From: Octopus sinensis
Lineage: Eukaryota
Length of the DNA stretch: 64,000 bases
Reading direction: 5' to 3'
Assembly: GCF_006345805.1 (NCBI RefSeq)
Contig: NC_042997.1
Location: forward strand, 188,232,001 to 188,296,000
Below are positions 39,770 to 51,175 of the stretch, in pieces (the first letter of the stretch is position 1; the number at the start of each line of letters is the position of its first letter). The translations under genes and the position numbers were made by a program. The notes under the pieces were generated by a model. That model was not told where the DNA came from and searched no databases. It was given only the letters and a program-made list of their open reading frames with translations.

Positions 39770-42200
39770 TCAAAGAAAGTAGCAGATTGGCTTATTGGCA
39801 ATGACCTGGAAATTATTAATCTTCCTCGTGAAAAGCAACAACTAAGCAAAAAAAATTCTGAGAAAATCAAATAATCCTAACCAAGACATGAGATATTAAT
39901 CTCCTGAATTAAAAATTCGGTGAAATCTCTGAAAAACGAAAGTCAAGTGGTGGTACCAAAAAGCAAAAGATGCACGAGATGCTATAGACTGCAAAGATAC
40001 AAAAGCCTTCTTTTCTTTTGTAAAAGAGGTGTTTAGCTTTAGCTCAATGTTTATAGCTCCAGAGAGGTTTGTTGATGGCTAACAGTTCTTTACTGATGTC
40101 ACCTTCATACAGAAAAAAATGGGTACAGCACTATACTGATCTTCTCAATAGGCAATCAAATGTAAATATGAGAATAATTGAGGAAATGGTAAACCTTCTT
40201 GCTATTGAAGAAATGTCTGTCTGGCTAACACAAGATGATATTGCATCAACTGTAAAGAAGCTCAATAATAAAGCTTTGGGTATTGATAGCTTAAGCTCAG
40301 ATATTTTGAAGTTTGGTGGGGGAAAGGACTACCAAACTATTTCATTCTTTACTTATTTCTTTACTGCCCACAAGGGGCTACACAGAGAGGGGACAAACAA
40401 GGACTGACAAATGGATTAAGTCGATTATATCAACCCCAGTGCATAACTGGTACTTATTTAATCGATCCCAAAAGGATGAAAGGATGAAAGGTAAAGTCGA
40501 TCTTGGCGGAATTTGAACTCAGAACGTAGTGGCAGACGAAATACCACTAAGCATTTCGCCTGGTGTGCTAACGTTTCTGCCAGATCACTGCCTTAAATAC
40601 TTGTATACTATTAGAAGGAAGAGGAGGTGCCTCATGACTAAGTTGATGCTATTCTCGTTTCCCTACATAAATCTGGTCCTAAAGACTTATGTGGAAATTT
40701 CGGTGGAATATCTTTATTATCAGTTGTTGGAAAAGTGCTTTCCCATGTTCTTGAAAAGTGCCAGAGTCACAATGCAGCTTCTACACTTTTTCAAGGACAG
40801 TTGATATGCTCTTTATTATCTAGTAGTGACAAGAGAAATGCAACAAGCAAAACAAATCATTATTTTGTGGATCTTTTGATACGATTAATAGGAATGCATT
40901 GCAGCTGATGAAATTTGGCTGTCCTACAAAGTTTGTGAATATAGCCATGGCTCTCAATAAGGATATGATAGCCTGCGTTAACTTTGGTAGAACTCTGTCG
41001 GAACCATTTCTGGTTGAAAATGGAGTTGAGCTAGGTGATCTCAAAGTACTGACACTCTCTCCCTATATTTTGTAGCGATGCTTTCAAGTGAATTTGCATC
41101 TTCAACAGATGGCATCGATATACAATACCACTCTTCAGGTAATGTGTTTAATCTGACAAGAATAAACTTTAAAATCCAAGGTCTTTACTTCTCTACTATG
41201 TGATCTTTTATATGCAGATGACTGCAACCTAGTAAGTCACATTGAGCAAAGCTTACAGAATCTAATTTGTGCATTTGATTCTTCATGTAATATATTTGGT
41301 CTCAGAATTAATTTGAAAAAAACTGTTGTAATACATCAACCTGCCCCTGGAGAATAATTCATCACACCTCAGATACTGGAGAAGGATAGTACAATGCTTA
41401 AAGTGATGACTTCTTTTGAATACTTGGGTAGCATGGTACATGTTGATGTTTATCATCCTCGTTTAATGTCCACTTTCCATGCTAGCATGGGTTGGACAAT
41501 TTGACTGAGGTCTGGTGAACCAGATGGCTGCACCAGACTCCAATCTAATGAAATCCTAAATATAGAAATCACTGTATTTAAAGGGCAGCAAAAGCCTTTG
41601 GCAGCCTACAATGTAAAGTCTGGTCAAAATGCCTTAACAAATCTGATACTAGGATCATGGTATACATCTATTTGTTCTTTCTACATTGTTGTATTCTTCT
41701 GAATCATGGACAATATACATGTGTCATGAAAAAATGTTGGAAAGATTTCACCAGAAATGTCTCCACCACATACTCAGAATAAGCTAGCCCTCACTCATTC
41801 CTGATACTGAAGTTCTTGCTGAAGTTAGGATCACATCAATCTAAGCCATGCTTATTAGGAATTAACTATGCTGGACATGCCATCTCATCTACATGAATGC
41901 TTTGTAGTGAACTTAGGTTGGGAAAAAGAAAAAATTGTAAACCAGAGAAAAGATACAAAGACTTTAAAATAAAATTTGAAATGCCTTAAATTATGTTACA
42001 AAAGTCTTAAACAACTTGCAGCAGAGCAATGTTAAAGATTTTGAACTTAACAGTTATGCATGCTGAAATGAAAAGAAAATTTTGTAACAATGAGATTAAT
42101 ATGATTAGCATTGCAAGAGTTTCTTATTCCTTCATTAAATGTTCTTTATGCATAAAAGTATGCATATCTCACACTGGTATAAGATCTCACCATGCCCATG
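39770..42200 (+). mobile_element. Decayed BovB-like RTE LINE (RT and C-terminal C2H2-like motif)
   Basis: KWVQHYTDLLNR, NKALGIDSL, GISLLSVVGKVL, DLLYADDC, FGLRINLKKT, FEYLGS, LERFHQKCL, KRYKD, CSLCIKVCISHTGIRSH; interrupted at 40338-40594 and 41452-41548. Confidence 0.85.
40338..40594 (-). mobile_element. SINE family B (B1 tail)
   Basis: Reverse complement of family B. Confidence 0.9.
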
Positions 42201-42651
42201 TCGGTAAGGCATTCATGAACTATTGGAATTTCATTTTCAATGCAACGTCTGTCAAAAAACCTGCAAGTCAGATGGGGGTGTGGAGGTTGAAGTAGCACTT
42301 GAACATTCATAATAAACAAATGGAAAATGGATCCCTTGCTGAAATGAGTTATTGCTGCATTATGTGTGATCAGCTCTTCAAAAGCCTTTTAGATCTCAAA
42401 AGTAAATTTAAGATCTGCTGCTAGGAAAGAGCAATTATATGTACAAGAAGAGAGCTCTGCAAGGAGCAGACAGCCACCATATATTGAATAGAAAGACAGA
42501 CAAACAAAAAGAAAAATGAATAAGTCATGGAGTTATCTGTTCATAAGAACAAGAATAGACCACTTAAAGAAATGAGATTCAAGTACTGAGACTGAGAGAT
42601 GATAGGTTTCATTAAAAAATGAATCCAACAAAATACAGTTTATTAGTAATA

Positions 42652-42874
42652 ATATTTTTTTCTAATTTTGGCACAAGGCTGGTAATTTTGAGGTGACAGG
42701 GTTAGTCAATTACATTGATCCTAGTCATCAACCTGTACTTTATTTTATCAACCTCAAATGGATAAAAGGCAAAGTTGACCTCAGTAATATTTGAACAAAG
42801 AATGTAAAGAACCAAAAGAAATACCGCTAAGTACCACTCTGACTGAAGCTAATAATTCTGCCAATCCACTGCCC

Positions 42875-42930
<56 letters not shown>
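42652..42930 (-). mobile_element. SINE family B (B3 tail) abutting a (TAA)n microsatellite
   Basis: Family B reverse complement 42652-42875; pure (TAA)n 42876-42930. Confidence 0.8.
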
Positions 42931-42933
<3 letters not shown>

Positions 42934-42934
42934 C

Positions 42935-43212
42935 ATGGGTGGTTCTTTCAACATCCTTAAACAACCCTTATTCAGGGACCTTTTGAGCGGGATGGGCTAC
43001 TCAACCTGAAGAAAATTCTAACTGGGCCCCACCTGCAAGGTCATGTGCTGTTTATCTTGATATGAGATCACCATGTCACGCACATATGGTTGTGATGCAT
43101 GTGCCTGGTGTACCCTTATCAGACGGGTAGTCATGATGGTATATTGGGCTTCGTATATTTTACCCCAGTGTCACTTTGATGGCATGCACTGCTCTCTCAC
43201 TCAATAATAATA
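42935..43212 (+). repeat. Probable LINE 3' end with (AAT)n tail, unclassified
   Basis: Higher-GC block ending CTCTCTCACTC(AAT)n, bounded by (TAA)n; single copy here so class is inferred. Confidence 0.45.
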
Positions 43213-43213
43213 A

Positions 43214-43726
43214 TCTATATATATAAAACTGTAGTTGTGTGAGTGTCTGTCCCCTTCGATTTAGATTCCTAACTACTCCCACATTTTGCGGTGCAGTTTA
43301 ACCAAAACCGGGTATCTTATAGTCGTGATTCATATCGAGCCCGTCTGAGTATTAGCGCGCGTCTACGATGAGTCTACGATTTTAAAAATAATTTAACATC
43401 ATTTTTTATTCCATTTTAATGCATAATTTTTCGTGTGTCGATGGCGGCGGAGTTGGCGTCCATGGTCACACCAGCACCTGTTTGCTTCTCCCCCTTCTTC
43501 CCTCCCTCGTGAAGCTGTGGGGAAGGGAGTGTAAGGAAATCAACGTCGTAAAGCGTTGTCAAGGAGACCAGCGTTCTTTTAGAACAACGACTTCATGGCT
43601 TGAAGACACCAAAACAGAAATGGCTAAGAAAGCCCGAATTGGCATCTATAAGGGAAGTAACTCTCTAAAAATACTTATATAGTTATTTCCCTTACAAACC
43701 CGAGCAACGCCGGGCGATACTGCTAG
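43214..43726 (+). mobile_element. Non-autonomous Helitron-type element
   Basis: A|TC start, CCCGAGCAACGCCGGG subterminal hairpin, CTAG|T end; CpG-rich interior. Confidence 0.85.
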
Positions 43727-43741
43727 TAAATAATAATAAAT

Positions 43742-43994
43742 AAATTAATGCGCCCTTTTAAAGCCTAGCCAGGCTCATGGGCTCGGTTTCCTGGTTTCTA
43801 TGGCGTATGTGTTCCCCAGCTGGATGGGACACCAGTCCATCGCAGTGTTACTCATTTTTGCCAGCTGAGTGGATTGGAGCAACATGAAATGAAGTGTTTT
43901 GCTCAAGAACACAACACGTCGCCTGGTCCAGGAATCGAAACCACAATCTTACGATCATGGTGTTGACACCCTAACCACTAAGCCACGCACCTCC
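43742..43994 (-). mobile_element. SINE family I (tRNA head, CORE-like and V-like central motifs)
   Basis: A-box TGGCTTAGTGG, B-box GGTTTCGATTCC, TTGAGCAAAACACTT, GCGATGGACTGG; second copy at 50189-50447. Confidence 0.88.
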
Positions 43995-44013
43995 ATATAA
44001 TAATAATAATAAT

Positions 44014-44450
44014 AAAGCAAGTATAAAGATTTTGAAATAGAAATTAGCAAAATGTGGAACCTCAAGACTAAAACAATACCTGTTGTCATAGGTGCCCTGG
44101 GAATGATAGCAAAAGGGGCTGATTGCTACCTAGCTCAGATACCAGGAAACCCCAAAATGGCAGAAATTTAAAAGATAGTGCTCATGGGAATTGCCCATAC
44201 CCTATGCAAAATATTTTCTATATAATCCCAAGTTTTAAAACAAACATATTTTCTTATGGTTTCTTAAACATTCTCTAGAACAACACTATATACAAAACCA
44301 AATATATGGCACCCTAGGCATAACACCAACATGAACTTCCAACTTGTTGTCTCTTGAGGTCTCTGGGTGAGACTTGGAGCCAACTTGTACAAATGTAAAG
44401 CAAAAGTCAAACATAAAATAATAATAATAATAATAATATCAATAATAATA
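44014..44450 (+). mobile_element. R4/Dong-type non-LTR retrotransposon 3' fragment (restriction-like endonuclease end)
   Basis: SKYKDFEIEISKMWNLKTKTIPVVIGALGMI; flanked by (TAA)n on both sides. Confidence 0.85.
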
Positions 44451-44464
44451 GCAACAACAACAAC

Positions 44465-45017
44465 AAGAGCACTCAGAGAGTGCAAACCTCTGCCAAGGCA
44501 ACACCAACATCCTCTCAAGGATTAGCCGGAGATGATTATTAAAATGAGAATATCTGAAATAAACTTGACTGCTCTCACAAACGTGAATACTAAAAGTGAA
44601 ACTGAACGCTCTCAAAAATTAAGTAAAAAAAACTGGAAAAATAATGTAGAATCCTTTTCTGGTACCTGATCAATCTCAATGGTAGTCATGGATTGTTAAT
44701 AATAGAGAAACGAAAATAAAACTTTGTAAACAGCAACGTTGCCATAATTTATGTGGAAACCTTGAGCATGCTTTCAAGGGAGATAATCAGAGATTGCAAT
44801 ACTTCATGTAAAGTAAAGTAAATATAACAAATAATCCAGAATCCTTGTCCGGTACTGTATTGATCCCAGAATCAAATCAGTTTGTGCCAGTCATGAAGCC
44901 AAACATCCCTGAATGTTTCATCCGAATCCATCCAGTAGTTCTTGAGATATCTTGTCCACGGACAAACAAACAAACACAACTGAAAACAACACCTCTGCCT
45001 TCACTAAGGTGGAGATA
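44465..45017 (-). mobile_element. Helentron-associated (HINE/DINE-1-like) element
   Basis: Homologous to 19178-19545; terminal hairpin GCACTC-AGA-GAGTGC, subterminal CCTCTGCCAAGG, 5' inverted repeat. Confidence 0.75.
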
Positions 45018-45092
45018 ATAATAATAATAAACACTGGCTCTCCATCACTTACAAGTGTTCCAGTTGATCCGATCAACACAACAGCCTACTCA

Positions 45093-45420
45093 TGAAGAAG
45101 AAGAAGAGGAGGAGGAGGAGGAGGAGGAGGAGGAAGAAGAAGAAGAGGAGGGGAGGAGGAGGAGGAAGAATAAGGGGAGGAGGGGGAAGAAGGAGAAGAG
45201 GAGGAAGAAGAAGAAGAGGGTGAGAAGGGGGGAGGAAGGAGAAGAGGAAGAAGAAGGGGAGGAAGGAGAAGAGGAGGAAGAAGAAGAAGAGGGTGAGAAG
45301 GGGGGAGGAAGGAGAAGAGGAAGAAGAAGGGGAGGAAGAAGGAGAAGAGGAGGAAGAAGAAGAAGAAGAAGAAGAAGAAGAAGAAGAAGAAGAAGAAGAA
45401 AAAGAAGAAGAAGAAGAAGA
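45093..45420. repeat. (GAA)n/(GGA)n polypurine tract
   Basis: Directly visible, with an internal duplicated block. Confidence 0.95.
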
Positions 45421-46033
45421 CAGAAAAATTATTGAAATGCAAAAAATCAAATATGAACATGAAAAGTATACATTCTAGTTTAGAGAAAATGATGTGATGA
45501 GACTTCACTGTTGTAACTGTTAAGATAAAGAAAAAGAAATAGAAGTTGAAAGGAAGATAATACTTAGACGAAAATTTTTGTGCTTAGACACACATATACA
45601 TACACAGATACATATATATATACACACACAGATATACATACACGCTCACACACTTATATCCAAGTATATGGGCATATACATACAACTAGATATGTCACAT
45701 ATTGGAGTTTCTTACATCTGTAAAATGTCTAATTGATGCACACTGTTGTTTATATCCTCCCTGATAAGATTGATGCATTGCTCCACATTATTCATCCTGT
45801 TGGATTTATTTTGAATGCATCCATTGAAACATATGTCGATGACATGAAGATATAAATGATTTAATAACATCTTGAGTGCTTGTCTCCACTTTCAATTTTT
45901 CCTATGTTCTATAAAATACGTCTCACTTCTCCCCAGAATGAACTCTTATGCAAGTGTAATCACTGATTCCTGGGACACTTATGTGACATCTGGCTACCTT
46001 GTAATTACTCCCCTGGATCTTTCCTATAAATTT

Positions 46034-46075
<42 letters not shown>

Positions 46076-46131
46076 AAAAAAAGAAGTTTGAACACACCAC
46101 TATATAAGATAAATTTTAAATTTTCTGAGAG

Positions 46132-46179
46132 ATTTTACATGTTTCAGTTCTTCTTGAGAAAACGAACCTTATCAAAAAT
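46132..46179 (-). ncRNA. Minimal type I hammerhead ribozyme-like motif, U3-A8 variant
   Basis: AUUU-UUGAUAA-GGUUC(13 nt)GAACU-GAAAC-AU-GUA-AAAU; inverted copy at 46184-46234 with G12>A. Confidence 0.6.
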
Positions 46180-46234
46180 ATATATTTTTGATAAGGTTCG
46201 TTTTTTTTTCAAGAAGAACCAAAACAGGTAAAAT

Positions 46235-46413
46235 CATCATCATCATCATCATCATCGTTTAGCGTCCGCTTTCCATGCTAGCATGGATTGGATGGTTCAA
46301 CTGGGGTCTGGGAAGCCAGAAGGCTGCACCAGGCCCAGTTTGATCTGGCAATGTTTCTACGGCTGGATGCCCTTCCTAACGCCAACCACTCCATGTGTGT
46401 AGTGGGTGCTTTT
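46235..46413 (-). mobile_element. RTE 3' tail fragment inserted in the palindrome arm
   Basis: (CAT)n CGTTTAGCGTCCGC...GGATGCCCTTCCTAAC. Confidence 0.88.
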
Positions 46414-46497
46414 TCTCTAAGAAAATTAAAATTTATTTTATATACTGGATTTTCAAGCTTTGTTTTTATAATATATACCCACTCGTATGCCACCTAC

Positions 46498-46538
<41 letters not shown>

Positions 46539-46862
46539 GTATATATATATATATATACACATATATATATATATATACGATATAGTGTATATTTATACAC
46601 ATAAGGAATCCACACTTAGGGTGAGATTCAACACGTTTTTCATTTCCAAATTTATTCCTGTCAATTTTATTCGTTATTTTTGTGGTTCTCTAATGTGTTG
46701 AATCTCACCCTAAGTGTGGATTCCTTATGTGTATAAATATACAATATATCGTATAACTAATATATAGTCTTCTTGACTAATTTTTTTGCATGTTAGACCA
46801 CTGGAAATGTAAATTTTAATTGAATATTTTAAATTTAATTAAATTCCATTTCCCTTTTGATA

Positions 46863-46909
<47 letters not shown>

Positions 46910-46995
46910 TATTAGAGACAAAACCACTATTTTGCAAAACAAACAAGGAAAGACTTAATCAATACATAAAATTTTAATAAATAGTCAAAAAACCG

Positions 46996-47038
46996 CCACT
47001 ACAATTGTTTCTTGTCTTGATCGACAATCTTCAGGTGG
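46996..47038 (-). ncRNA. Minimal type I hammerhead ribozyme motif
   Basis: CCAC-CUGAAGA-UUGUC(GAUCAA)GACAA-GAAAC-AAUU-GUA-GUGG: complete core, stems I and II paired, palindromic stem III. Confidence 0.8.
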
Positions 47039-47066
47039 ACTTCCAATAAGTCAGTTTCAAATTATG

Positions 47067-47108
<42 letters not shown>

Positions 47109-47770
47109 TATATATATCCAAATTAAGAATTGATGTATAAAAATTCAAAGAATAAATCCATAGATCCACATTAATTAAGAACTTAATAAGGGATCATTAA
47201 ACTCCAAAACATTATTACATTGTAGTAAGTCAGAGTGGGACGAACTTGCATCTATATACATAATCTGCTAAAATGATCTTTAAGAGCAACATATTTAGCC
47301 TTAAAGCTGAAATACATAAATTTCACATATAGCTCACATCTTAATTGTTCTCAACAGGTATTTCATTACGATAAATACCACTAAATGTTTAATTAGATAT
47401 TTATGGTACATAATTAATTAATTTAAATTAAATTGAATTAAACACTATGTTTACTCAAATCATCACAAATGTCGTGTTATGTTAATCATTTCTCTTTTTC
47501 TCAATGTTTCTGTTTGTCTTGATGTATTTAAACTAGTAATGGTTTTCTGATTAACCTAACACAACATTCCTAATCATTTTGGTAAACACAGTTTTTGAAT
47601 TAATTTAATTTAATTTAATTATGTATCATAATCATGTAATTATACATTTGGTGGTGTTTATCTGAATGAAACACCTGTTGAGCACAATTATAGTGTGAAC
47701 TATATGTAAAATTTAAACTTTTCTACTAAAAATATATATTATACTGTGTATGTATATATATATATATAAA

Positions 47771-47948
47771 TCATCATCATCGTCGTTTAACGTCCGCTTT
47801 CCATGCTAGCATGGGTTGGACGATTTGACTGAGGACTGGCGAACCACATGGCTGCATCAGGCTCCAATCTTGATCTAGCAGAGTTTTTACAGCTAGATGC
47901 CCTTTCATAACGCCAACCACCTCGAGAGTGTAGTGGGTGCTTTTACGT
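47771..47948 (-). mobile_element. RTE 3' tail fragment
   Basis: (CAT)n CGTTTAACGTCCGC... conserved tail. Confidence 0.88.
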
Positions 47949-48913
47949 GTATGTATATATATAATATATATATTATACTTTGTATATATATATATACACA
48001 CACATATATACATATAGACAGACAGATAAATAAATAGATAGATACTATGTCTATAGTCACAGCGTCTTCAAGTTAAATGCTATTTAAATTAATTCTAACA
48101 AAAAAATGTGACGTCTTTACCCCTTTGTTATGATGAGCCAGCTCGATTCAATAATGTGTATACCCTGTCCTCTCATGCTGTTATATTTGTTTCATGTTAG
48201 AAGCTTCATTTTACACATGTTGAATATTTATAACATCCCCACTATGTCCCTGCCATGAGGTAACCATGCAGTTTGGTCACTTGCAGTGTGTACTCCCGTC
48301 CCACCACCTATACTGGAAAGCTTTCTTCTGTACCTGAAACTTTCCCTCTAAAACCAGAAACCCCATACAGTGAGCTTTCTTCTCTCCCCACTATCTCCTA
48401 CTGACATCAGCACACTATCAACAACAGTATTACAATATAAGGAAAGGCCTATCTAGCATACTGGCAGCAGAAATATGACAAGTGTTCTCACCAGTGGATT
48501 AATTATCAGCACTATCTTTGTATAAACAATGGTGTATGCCACACCATCTTCTGGTAGATGCAGCAAGAAACAAACGAATGATGATAAATTTTATGCAGGG
48601 TGAGATTTATATGAAATGCTTGTTGGCAAACACCTATGCAAATCTTTCTTTCAGACTCTAAATGCTGTCCTCCCATACCCCTGCTCCCTCTTACCACCCC
48701 TTCCTCACACTTAGAGCTGGTACACTCAATGTAGGTACGTTGAAAGGTAGGTCAGGTGAGATTGTCAAGATGTTGAAATGGAGGTGTGTAGATGTGCATC
48801 GCATTGAAGAAGTAAGGTGGAAGGTAGCTTCTGCCAGGTTCCTTCCTCACAGGCAAAGAACATAGGTATAAAGTTTGCTGGATAGGCAGTAATGATAGGG
48901 TTGGTGGCGTGGG

Positions 48914-49323
48914 TGAGCTGGCAGAAACGTTAGCATGCCGGGCAAAATGCTTAGCGGTATTTCGTCTGCTGTTACATTCTGAGTTCAAATTCCGCCGAGG
49001 TCTACTTTACCTTTCATCCTTTCAGGGTCGATAAATTAAGTACCAGTTACGCACTGGGGTCGATATAATCGACTTAATCCGTTTGTCTGTCCTTATTTGT
49101 CCTCTCTGTGTTTGGCCCCTTGTGGGTAGTAAAGAAATAGGTATTTCGTCTGCCATTACATTCTGAGTTTAAATTCCGCCGAGGTTGACTTTGACTTTCA
49201 TCCTTTTGGGGTCGATAAATTAAGTACCAGTTACGCATTGGGGTCGATCTAATCGACTTAATCCGTTTGTCTGTCCTTAATTGTCCCCTCTACGTTTAGC
49301 CCCTTGTGGGCAATAAAGAAATA
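48914..49323 (+). mobile_element. SINE family B partial dimer with TSD
   Basis: Second unit restarts at GGTATTTCGTCTG (49140); TSD AGGGTTGGTGGYGTGGG at 48897-48913 and 49324-49340. Confidence 0.92.
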
Positions 49324-50188
49324 AGGGTTGGTGGTGTGGGCATACTTCTTACAGAGAAATGGCCTGATAAGGTAACTTAAGAAGTCAGAGTGCGTTATAA
49401 GATACTTTGCATACTAGTACAGCAACTATTATTTCTGCTTGTGTTCCTCAACTGGGACTGCCGGATGGTCAGAAAGTTCAATTTTACGACCTTTTGCAGT
49501 CTGCCTCATTAACAAATGACAGTGACATACTCTTTATGGCCGATGACTTCAATGGGCATGTTGGGCAGCATTTGGGTGACTTCCATGATGTGCATGGAGG
49601 CTATGGAGTTAGCTTCTGCAATGAGTCCTCCAGGTCATAACAGGAATTTAAGACTGGTTGTCCTTGGGAGTCCCTCTACACTGTTGACCTTGTTTTTATA
49701 GCTGAATCTTTACAAGAATTAGAGAAGAAATTTCAGGTATGGAAGCAAGGTCTGGAATCAAAGGGCCTTAGAGTTAATTTAGCAAAAACTGAAGACCTAG
49801 TAACTAGGAAAGTGGAAAAATCATCAATCCCTTCAGAGATATGGCCCTGCCCGATATGTAGAAAAAGTGTAGGTTGGAATTCTATATGATATACCCAGTG
49901 CAAGCGTTGGACACATAAGAGGTGTAGAAGTATCACAGGAAAGGTAACAGAGAGTGTGTGGTAAATGTGCAGACACTAAAAATGCACAGACAATACACTT
50001 CCTCAGATGTCCAGGGGTTTCTTAACAGTAGAGGATAGCTTCCATTACCTAGATGACCAAGCCAACTGTAGAGGAGGATGCTCTGAAAGTACAGCTGCTA
50101 GAATAAGAATGGGCTAAGCAAAGTTCAGAAAGCATCTAACTTTGTCAGAGTGAAAGCAGATTGTATGATGTTTATGTATGGACAGCTA

Positions 50189-50447
50189 TGTGGAGGCACG
50201 TGGTTTAGTGGTTAGGGTGTCAGCATCATGATCGTAAGATTGTGGTTTCGATTTCTGGATCGGGTGACATGTGTTCTTGAGCAAAATACTTCATTTCACA
50301 TTGCTCCAGTCCACTCAGCTAGCAAAAATGAGTAATGCTGCGATGGACTGGTGTCCATCGCAGCTGAGGAACACATATGCCATTGAAACCAGGTAACCAG
50401 GCCCATGAGCCTGGCTAGGCTTTAAAAGGGCACATTTATTATTTATT
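50189..50447 (+). mobile_element. SINE family I
   Basis: Colinear with 43742-43994. Confidence 0.88.
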
Positions 50448-51175
50448 ATGGACAGTGAAACATAGGCTGTGACTGCAGAGGACAAGTGAAGGCTCGAAAG
50501 AAATGAAGCCAACAAGTCCTGCTGTATGTGCAATGTCAGTGTGCTTGTATGATAGATAGTAAATGTTTTAAGAGAAAAAAATATGTATAAGAGGCATCAG
50601 ATGTAGTGTACAAGAGAAAAGGCTGCTGGTAGGGTCATGTGGATGGCAACAGCTTGCATAAAGAAGTGCCATTTTCTAACTGTGGAAGATAAAAGATGAA
50701 GTGGAGAAAAATGATCTTCAGATGTTGAACCTCACAGAGGAGCCGACAAAGGATCAAAATGATTGGCAATTTGCTGCACTTGAAAAGATCTGTCATGTTT
50801 AGTAAAATCATGGCTATTCCTACATAAAAGCATCTCTTTTACAGCTATGCACCCCACCCCACACAATCGATCCTCTGTCAAAATTCTCCCACAGTTCATC
50901 TCCCCTCCATTCCACCACCCATGATCAACACCCAGAGCAAGCCTCTCCACTATCCCTCATGTGCCTACTTGCACATATCTACTGTATCTACTTGTTCATA
51001 GCCATTCCAATTTCCCCATCACCACTTGCTAATGTTATCTCTTCCCCATCCCTAAACATCGCCCCTTAGAGTTAATTTAGCAAAACCTGAAGTCCTAGTA
51101 AGTAGGGAAGTGGACAAATCATCAATCCTTTCAGAGATATGGCCCTGTACACACACACACACACACATATACATA

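Noticed and set aside
45055-45508. Poly-Glu, protamine-like poly-Arg and poly-Ser/Phe ORFs
   Set aside because: (GAA)n/(GGA)n tract
45690-46030. Possible GIY-YIG remnant on the minus strand beside the ribozyme island
   Set aside because: Only scattered residues fit; not supportable without a profile search
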